Of a stretch of 44,993 bases of DNA, positions 35,610-42,305 are shown in pieces (positions within the stretch are counted from its first letter, which is position 1; the number at the start of each line of letters is the position of its first letter). The translations under genes and the position numbers were made by a program. Source of the stretch: an uncultured Verrucomicrobiota bacterium (GTDB lineage: Bacteria; Verrucomicrobiota; Verrucomicrobiia; Limisphaerales; MWDV01); the NCBI GenBank assembly GCA_964371005.1, contig CAYJNU010000006.1, forward strand, positions 1 to 44,993, read 5' to 3'. Under the pieces are notes generated by a model. It did no database searches. It was not told the origin of the DNA and saw nothing but the letters and a program-made list of their open reading frames with translations.

Positions 35610-36650
35610 CTACAGCAGCGGGATGTTGTGCTTCCGGCAGGTGGCGATCATCTGGTCCGGCCAAAGGCTGGCCTGGATTTCGCCCACGTGTGCTTTGCGC
35701 AGAAAATACATGCAGAGCCGCGATTGGCCGATCCCGCCACCGATCGAGAGTGGCATCTCGTCGTTCAGGAGCTTCTGATGCCACAGCAACCGCTTCCGCT
35801 CCGTGCAGCCGCGGATCTTTAACTGCCGCCGCAGGGCCTTCCGGTCCACGCGGATGCCCATCGAAGACAATTCGAACGCCATCTTCAGCACCGGATTCCA
35901 GATGAAGATGTCCCCGTTCAGGCCGGGGCGCCCGCCCGCGGTGGCGGTGGACCAATCATCGTAGTCCGGCGCGCGGCCATCGTGGATCGTGCCGTCCCCC
36001 AGATCGCCGCCGATGCCGACAATGAACGCCGCACGACACTCGCGCAGGAGCTGCTGCTCGCGCTGCTTGGGCGTCAGCTTGGGGAAGCGGACGCGCAGTT
36101 CCGCCGCGTGGATAAAGGTGATCTCCTCCGGCAACTCGGGTCGGACCGACGGGTAATGTTCAAAGACGAAATGTTCCGTGCGTTTGAGCGCGGCGTAGAT
36201 CTTACGAACGATCTTCATGAGGAACTCGACGTTCCGCTCCGTGGGGGTGATCACGCGTTCCCAGTCCCACTGGTCCACGTAGATCGAGTGCGTGTTGTCC
36301 AGCGTTTCGTCGGGCCGCAACGCGTTCATGTCAGTGTACAACCCGTAGCCGGGCTCGAAACCGAGCGTCGCGAGCTGCAGGCGCTTCCACTTGGCGAGCG
36401 ACTGCACGATCTCGGCGCGCACGTCCGTCATGTCTTTGATCGGAAACGTGACCGGCCTTTCGATACCGTTGAGATCGTCGTTAATGCCGGTGCCACCCTT
36501 GACGAACAGCGGCGCGGTGACGCGGCTCAGGTTCAGTTCCGTGGCGAGGTTCAGTTCGAAGAAATCCTTGAGCGCCTTGATCGCGCGCTCGGTTTCCTTG
36601 ATGTCGAGCAGGGGTTTGTAGGCACGAGGGAGAATGAGGTTTGGCTTCAT
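35610..36650 (-). CDS. asnA: Aspartate-ammonia ligase (asparagine synthetase A)
   Basis: GINDDLNG.ERPV, EIVQSLAKWKR, HSIYVDQWDWE, HDGRAPDYDDW, ELSSMGIRV, IGGGIGQSR; start at ATG 36650. Confidence 0.95.
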   Translation of the reverse strand: MKPNLILPRAYKPLLDIKETERAIKALKDFFELNLATELNLSRVTAPLFVKGGTGINDDLNGIERPVTFPIKDMTDVRAEIVQSLAKWKRLQLATLGFEPGYGLYTDMNALRPDETLDNTHSIYVDQWDWERVITPTERNVEFLMKIVRKIYAALKRTEHFVFEHYPSVRPELPEEITFIHAAELRVRFPKLTPKQREQQLLRECRAAFIVGIGGDLGDGTIHDGRAPDYDDWSTATAGGRPGLNGDIFIWNPVLKMAFELSSMGIRVDRKALRRQLKIRGCTERKRLLWHQKLLNDEMPLSIGGGIGQSRLCMYFLRKAHVGEIQASLWPDQMIATCRKHNIPLL

Positions 36651-36796
36651 GAACAGTATCTGGTGCGTCTGGTCGCAAACGCTAACAGGGGACCGAGACG
36701 TTGACCAACATTTTACCCACCGGTGCGGCATCACGAAACGGCAGGAGACCGCCCTCCCCCATCGGTCGTCCGCCAGGCTCGGCACCGTGGCGCGGC

Positions 36797-37705
36797 CTAC
36801 TTCAACAATGAGAACTTCGGATCCTCACCTTCCAGCAGCCGCCGGGTCGCGCCGTCACATATCTTGAACAACGTGTCCAGCATCGGGTTGCGCCGGCCCT
36901 GCCAAAGCAGGCAGAAGGAGACCATCTCGAAGCCGGCCAGCGGGAGCACCCGCACCTGCGGATGATATTTCATCTTCGGCACGCCCACGGTCACTCCGAT
37001 CCCGTAGCCGTTGGCGACGTACGTTTGCACGAGTTCGACGGTGCTCACCTCGATACCCCCAAACCAATCCACCTTGAGCCGGGCCAGACCTTCCTGAAAC
37101 GTGCGGCAAATCGGTTCGTTGCTGGGCACAGTAATCAAGGATTCGTCGATGCGATCCCGCTGCCACAGTTCCTCGGCGGACTTGAGCTTGCTGGTTTTGG
37201 GCACGAGGAGGACGAGCGGCAGCCTGAAGAGCGGAATGACGTTGATGCCGGTCGGTGGTTTCGCCGAGCCCACGAGCCCGATGGACACGTCCACTTCCTG
37301 CCGCTGGAGCCAAGCGACGACCTCCGGGTCGTAGCCTTCGCGCAGGGTGACTTTGAGTTTGGGGAAAGACTTGCGCAACTCCTGCAAAATCCCCGGCACG
37401 TGATCGCGCATCATGATCTCCGACGCCGCAAGGCGCAAGTGCTGGGAAACGCCACCCCGGAGCTTGTCGGCCATCGTCGTAAGATTGTCGAAGAACGGCT
37501 TGATGAAGTCGTACAACTCCTTGCCCGGCGGCGTCAGCGAGAAGGGCCGCCGGTGGAACAGCGTCACGCCGAGGAATTCTTCCAGTTGAATGACCTGTCC
37601 ACTGATGGCGGGTTGCTGGATGCCGTAGGGCATGTTGCGCACGGCCTCACTGATGCCACCGTGTCGGGCCACGTAGTAGAACAGTTCGAGATGATGGATG
37701 TTCAT
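36797..37705 (-). CDS. LysR-family transcriptional regulator
   Basis: MNIHHLELFYYVA..GISEA...QQPAISGQVIQLEE.LG..LFHR...LTPPG HTH; 302 aa. Confidence 0.93.
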   Translation of the reverse strand: MNIHHLELFYYVARHGGISEAVRNMPYGIQQPAISGQVIQLEEFLGVTLFHRRPFSLTPPGKELYDFIKPFFDNLTTMADKLRGGVSQHLRLAASEIMMRDHVPGILQELRKSFPKLKVTLREGYDPEVVAWLQRQEVDVSIGLVGSAKPPTGINVIPLFRLPLVLLVPKTSKLKSAEELWQRDRIDESLITVPSNEPICRTFQEGLARLKVDWFGGIEVSTVELVQTYVANGYGIGVTVGVPKMKYHPQVRVLPLAGFEMVSFCLLWQGRRNPMLDTLFKICDGATRRLLEGEDPKFSLLK

Positions 37706-37824
37706 AGGTCGCCTGCTGGATACCGGGTTGCGAGTACTGCACTTCGCGTTGGGGCTATCATGCGATTGGATTGGCCAAGGGCCCGTCCACTGTTACCAGA
37801 AAGCCTAAGGTCGGCAAGCCGGCA

Positions 37825-38172
37825 GATTCTGCGTGCCCCACCGCCGCCCGTGCCCCGCCCTTGATGCCGAAGTAGGGGACGAGCGAGGGCTCGCGCACGC
37901 AGAACCTGCTGCGCTTGCCCAACCGGCGCAGCGCGCGGGCGAGCCACGACGGTGGCGGTGGTCTTGCCTGCCCCTTGCGGTGTGGACGTCATCGCGCTGG
38001 CCAGGATCAACTGCCCGTCGGGCTGGTACTGGCGCGCCTCCAGTTCACCGATAACCTTGGCGACGTAATGCCCGTGCGGCAAGATCCGCTCAACGTCGAG
38101 GTGAAGTCCCCGGGCAACCTCGACCACTTTCCGAGGCGCCAGACCCTGGCGGGACAATGAACTGTCTGACAT
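37825..38172 (-). pseudogene. fhs: Formate-tetrahydrofolate ligase N-terminal relic, frameshifted and truncated
   Basis: MSD..HGHYVAKV..PDGQLILASAMTSTPQGAGKTTATV, then in a shifted frame LARALRRLGKRSRFCVREPSLVPYFGIKGG, then shifted again GTGGG; matches Fhs GKLILVTAI.PTPAGEGKTT..REPSLGP.FG.KGGA.GGG. Confidence 0.85.
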
Positions 38173-38489
38173 ACGCGCGGAAAGGCATAGCGAAGAACGA
38201 CGCAGTACGCAACGGAGAAGAAACCCGCAGACCAGTAAGCGTAGGAGCGGCAGGACCGTCCCGGCTGTCCCGTCGCGGGCGCATCGAAAATACTGGAACG
38301 GGTAGAACGAAGGGACGATGAGCCACCCTGTGACCGCCGGGCGCATCCCCGGTCCCAAACGCGATGCGCGGCGCCTCGCCCATCCTGCGGCGAAAAAGGC
38401 GACAGGTGTGCGCATCGTCTTGACGACCGCGCATCGCTGGCGGCGGCCCGGGGCGAACTCGCTCAGCACTCTGGGTTGCGGGCCGCCAC

Positions 38490-38530
38490 TTAAAGCCCGC
38501 CGGCCCCTCCCTCGGGAGATGAGGGGCCGG
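38490..38530 (-). terminator. Candidate terminator after the repeat-protein gene
   Basis: Perfect 10-bp stem CCGGCCCCTC (38500-38509) / GAGGGGCCGG (38521-38530), 24 bp past the stop; only a weak U-tract. Confidence 0.45.
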
Positions 38531-38553
38531 TTGTGACAATGAGAACTCGCTCG

Positions 38554-41500
38554 CTAATAGCTCCGAGAGCGGAAGAACTTCGCGCCCGGGACAACAGCGA
38601 TCGTGACCGGGCTCTGGCTGGCATCGGCGTAATCGTACCAAGGCCCCTGCAGGTCATTGGCCCATTGCAACATGCCGGTGTAACTGATCACGAGGTTGTT
38701 TCCGGAATGTTGAGCGGCGACCGGGGTCGTGACGGTACCGCTGTTGATCAATGCGCCTGCGCGGAAGACGCGCACCGACTTCGGATCGCTGCTGTCATTC
38801 AGCAAGTGAAGCGCGCGGTCCTTTTCGGCGAACAGCTCGAGCATCAGTCCGGCTTCCTGGTCGCGCTTGCTCTGGAAGAACAGCACCCGGATGGGGTAAT
38901 ACCCCGCTTCGGGTGCGATGACGTTGAAGAATTGGTTGCGGGCGTAGTAGGTGGGCACCACCTCGGCGATCGAGTTGTCGAAGAGGCTCAGCACCGGTCC
39001 CGTGTTGGTCAGGCCGGCATAGGCCACGTGTCCGCCTTCAGTGTAGAGGCCGAACGTGTGGTAGCCCGCGGGTAGTTCGACGTACGTGAGAATGTCCATG
39101 GCAATACCTTCCCACGGTGAGAAAAGCGGATCCAACTTCGGGAACGGCAGATCGTTGGTGAAGTTCAGAATGGCGTGCTCAGCCGGCGCATACTCATACC
39201 AGTTCACCGGGCCCGTGACGCTGACCGGGTTCAGCACCCACTCAGGGGCGTATTCCTCGGCTTCGTTCCAGAACATGCCCCCAATGATCTCGTTGGTCAG
39301 TTGTCCGGCGAGTTGCATCTCCGCCAACGCGGCGATGTTGCTGTGAGCGCTGATGAAGGTGGGATCGCCGGTTTGATAGGCGGGAGAGACTTTACTGACA
39401 TGAACCACGAACCCTTTGTTGGCGGTGTTCACCTGTTTGAGGCTTCCCGCCAACGGGAGCACGGTGTAGGGATCAATGGTGTACACGTAGTCCTTGGCTT
39501 GTGACTCCCCGCTAGCCGTGAGCGACACGCCGACCGTGTGGACAGTGTTGGCCGCCAACAAGGTCGGATAAACGCCTTCCATGGTTGTGGTCGTGCCGGC
39601 CTTCACAACGGAGACTTGAATTGGCTGCCCGTCCAGGCGCACGGCAACCGAAGCGGTGGCAACGACCAGATTGGTGGTGTCCTCCACGGTCAACTTGAAG
39701 CCGTATGCATTGCCCAAAAAGACGTTCTCAAGGGCCATGCCCGTGGCGGCCTCCGCCAGGGTTATGGTCTTGGACTCCATCCAATCCACCGCCCAGCCGT
39801 CGGAAGCGCCCTCCTGGAAGGCCGAAATGGCAATGGTTTGCCCGAGAGACAGGCCCAAGTCCGCCAGCTTGAGCCGGGCTTCCACGGAATCACCGGTGGC
39901 GCTGCATTCATAGTTGGTGAGGAGCTTCACGGTATCATTCGCCGGGTCGTAAACCTCCAAGCCATCTGGAGCGCCGTTTCGCCAGCCAAGTTGGATTGTG
40001 CGCTCCACCCCGATGGGGGTGGTGATGCCCGTGGGACTTCCCTCATACTCGGAGTTGCTTCGACCCGTGGCGGGGTTGTTGTCCGTGTCCAACAGCCAGT
40101 GATAGTAGTAACGATTGTTCATCCCGGCGGGCGTTTGCTCCACTGCGGGGAGGGCGATGCCCTGCACCTTCATGCGCACGTAAAGGTAACCTGCCTCGAC
40201 CGTTGCCTGGATTTGCCGGATGTCGCCGCTGGAATCCGCCATGTCCTGAGGATCTTCAACCGTGGTGACGAGCCCGGCGCCGTCGGCGTCTGCCCAATCG
40301 GTGAAGAGCCCGTCAATCTTCATGCGCCCGGCCACGGGTGGGTCGAGCGTGACCTGTTGCGATTCCATCCAATCCACCGCCCAGCCATCCGAGGAACCCT
40401 CCTGGAAGGCGGAGACGGCGATGGTCTGGCCGAGGGTCAACCCAAGGTCCGCCAGTGGGATTACCGCAGTGAGGGTGTTGCCGCCAGCTTGGAAGGTGAA
40501 GTTGGTGGCCAACAGCACGGTGTCATTCGCCGGATCGTACACCTGCACCCCGTCGGGATGCCCATCGCGCCAACCGATCTGAATCGTGCGTTCGACACCG
40601 ATGGGTTTGGTGACCCCGGTGGGGCTTCCTTCGTATTCGGAATTACTGCGGCCCGTGGCAGGGTTGTTGTCCGTGTCCAGCAGCCAATGGTAGTAATACC
40701 GGTTGTTCATCCCGGCAGGGGTCTGGTCAATCGGAGGAGCCGCCATCCTCTCGATGGTCATGGACAGCATCAGATTCTGGCCTTCGACGTGAGCAGCAAT
40801 GCCGCGAATGTCGCCGCTGCTATCCGCCATGTCCTGCGGATCGGCAACGACCGCTCGGGCCAGACCAGGGCCAGCGAGCGTGACCGTTTCCGATTCGATC
40901 CAGTCCACGGCCCAGCCATCGGAAGAGCCTTCCTTAAACGCAGAAACCGCGATGGTCTGACCCGCGATCAAGCCGAGGTCCGCAAGTGGAATCCTGGCGG
41001 TGAGGGTGTTGCCGCCAGCCTGGAAGGTAAAGTTGGTGGCCAGCAGCACGGTGTCATTGGCCGGGTCGTACACCTGCACGCCGTCCGGATGGCCATCGCG
41101 CCAGCCAATCTGGACGGTGCGCTCCACACCGATGGGCTTGGTCACACCCGTGGGGCTGCCTTCATATTCTGAGTTGCTGCGGCCCGTGGCAGGGTTGTTA
41201 TCGGTATCGAGCAGCCAATGGTAATAGTACCGGTTGTTCATGCCCGCTGGGGTCTGGTTAATCGGTGGCGCCGCCATCCACTCGACGGTCATCGAAAGCA
41301 GCAGGTCATCACCTTCGACATGGGCAGAGATGCCGCGAAGGTCGCCGCTGGCGTCCGCCATGTCTTGGGGGTCTGAGACTCTAGCCTGAGTGATGGCCAG
41401 CCCGGAAAGCGTCAACGTGCCCGATTCCATCCAGTCCACCGCCCAACCATCGGAAGAACCCTCTTGGAACGCGGAGAAGGCGATGGTCTGCCCGGTGGTC

Positions 41501-42036
41501 AAGCCGAGGTCGGCGAGCGGAACTATCGCGGTGAGCGTGTTACCGCTGGCTTGGAAGGTGAAGTTGGTGGCCAGCAGCACCGTATCATTCGCCGGATCGT
41601 AAACCTGGACGCCGTCGGGATGGCCGTCGCGCCAGCCGAGTTGGAGTGTGCGCTCAACCCCGATGGGATTCGTGAGTCCGGTGGGGTTTCCCTCATATTC
41701 GGAATTACTGCGGCCCGTGGCAGGGTTGTTATCGGTATCGAGCAGCCAATGGTAATAGTACCGGTTGTTCATGCCGGTGGGGGTTTGGTCGATCGCGGGA
41801 GCAGCGATCCCCTCCACGGTCATTGAGAGATACAGGCTGTCGCCTTTGACGCGGGCACTGATGGCGCGGATGTCCCCGCTGCTATCCGCCATATCTTGGG
41901 GATCGGTAACCGAGATCCAATCATCGGCGGCCAGGGCGCTGCAAACCAGCGTGCCGAAGAGGAGAACGGCACTGTAGAGCTTGGCCTGTCTGCTGTCCGT
42001 AAGTACGGAACGCTTTGCAGTTTCTCGTAGCTTCAT
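38554..42036 (-). CDS. Large secreted protein: four tandem ~177-aa acidic beta-rich repeats, a PA14-like region and a short aromatic/basic C-terminal domain
   Basis: Signal peptide (LLFGTLVCSALA); four copies of DPQDMADSSGDIR..NNRYYYHWLLDTDNNPATG..AFQEGSSDGWAVDWMES; GYHTFG..GYYPIRVLFFQ (PA14-like); ends GPW..SPVTI....KFFRSRSY. Confidence 0.85.
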   Translation of the reverse strand: MKLRETAKRSVLTDSRQAKLYSAVLLFGTLVCSALAADDWISVTDPQDMADSSGDIRAISARVKGDSLYLSMTVEGIAAPAIDQTPTGMNNRYYYHWLLDTDNNPATGRSNSEYEGNPTGLTNPIGVERTLQLGWRDGHPDGVQVYDPANDTVLLATNFTFQASGNTLTAIVPLADLGLTTGQTIAFSAFQEGSSDGWAVDWMESGTLTLSGLAITQARVSDPQDMADASGDLRGISAHVEGDDLLLSMTVEWMAAPPINQTPAGMNNRYYYHWLLDTDNNPATGRSNSEYEGSPTGVTKPIGVERTVQIGWRDGHPDGVQVYDPANDTVLLATNFTFQAGGNTLTARIPLADLGLIAGQTIAVSAFKEGSSDGWAVDWIESETVTLAGPGLARAVVADPQDMADSSGDIRGIAAHVEGQNLMLSMTIERMAAPPIDQTPAGMNNRYYYHWLLDTDNNPATGRSNSEYEGSPTGVTKPIGVERTIQIGWRDGHPDGVQVYDPANDTVLLATNFTFQAGGNTLTAVIPLADLGLTLGQTIAVSAFQEGSSDGWAVDWMESQQVTLDPPVAGRMKIDGLFTDWADADGAGLVTTVEDPQDMADSSGDIRQIQATVEAGYLYVRMKVQGIALPAVEQTPAGMNNRYYYHWLLDTDNNPATGRSNSEYEGSPTGITTPIGVERTIQLGWRNGAPDGLEVYDPANDTVKLLTNYECSATGDSVEARLKLADLGLSLGQTIAISAFQEGASDGWAVDWMESKTITLAEAATGMALENVFLGNAYGFKLTVEDTTNLVVATASVAVRLDGQPIQVSVVKAGTTTTMEGVYPTLLAANTVHTVGVSLTASGESQAKDYVYTIDPYTVLPLAGSLKQVNTANKGFVVHVSKVSPAYQTGDPTFISAHSNIAALAEMQLAGQLTNEIIGGMFWNEAEEYAPEWVLNPVSVTGPVNWYEYAPAEHAILNFTNDLPFPKLDPLFSPWEGIAMDILTYVELPAGYHTFGLYTEGGHVAYAGLTNTGPVLSLFDNSIAEVVPTYYARNQFFNVIAPEAGYYPIRVLFFQSKRDQEAGLMLELFAEKDRALHLLNDSSDPKSVRVFRAGALINSGTVTTPVAAQHSGNNLVISYTGMLQWANDLQGPWYDYADASQSPVTIAVVPGAKFFRSRSY
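39755..41910 (-). repeat. Four intragenic tandem repeats
   Basis: DPQD codons start at 41904, 41373, 40842 and 40254 (periods 531, 531, 588 bp); 68-bp identical stretch at 41177-41244 and 41708-41775. Confidence 0.95.
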
Positions 42037-42305
42037 ATGGAGATTGCGTTTTTACATGGTTTGTGGACGCCAAGTGCCTTGTGAACGGCACGCCAAAATG
42101 TGCGGCCACAAGTAAACGGCATCCGGGTGATTGCCGAAACTTTTACCTCAAGGCGTGGCGGATGTAAAGTTTTTTCATCTGCGGCGAGGTTCGCAGGAGG
42201 TTGGCAGATCTAGGGCGCTGAATCCGCATTGGCTCGCGGATTTGCCGGTTGACAGTCACCGGCGAGCCGGCAAGGCGGCGTAACGCCGAGGACGCGGCTG
42301 CATGG

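Noticed and set aside
37702-38469. 255-aa ORF as an intact gene
   Set aside because: Only its middle matches Fhs, and the similarity continues in other frames; treated as a pseudogene
38173-38500. ZTP (pfl) or THF riboswitch upstream of fhs
   Set aside because: Conserved ZTP elements (GACTGGCG..CGCCTGGG-like) not found by eye; needs an Rfam scan
39755-41910. CRISPR array or DGR template/variable repeat pair
   Set aside because: Repeats are 531-bp in-frame coding units with synonymous differences, not adenine-specific; no cas or reverse transcriptase gene
42137-42172. AT-rich imperfect inverted repeat AAACTTTTAC..GTAAAGTTT upstream of the repeat protein
   Set aside because: Could be a regulator site, but single, imperfect and with no assignable factor
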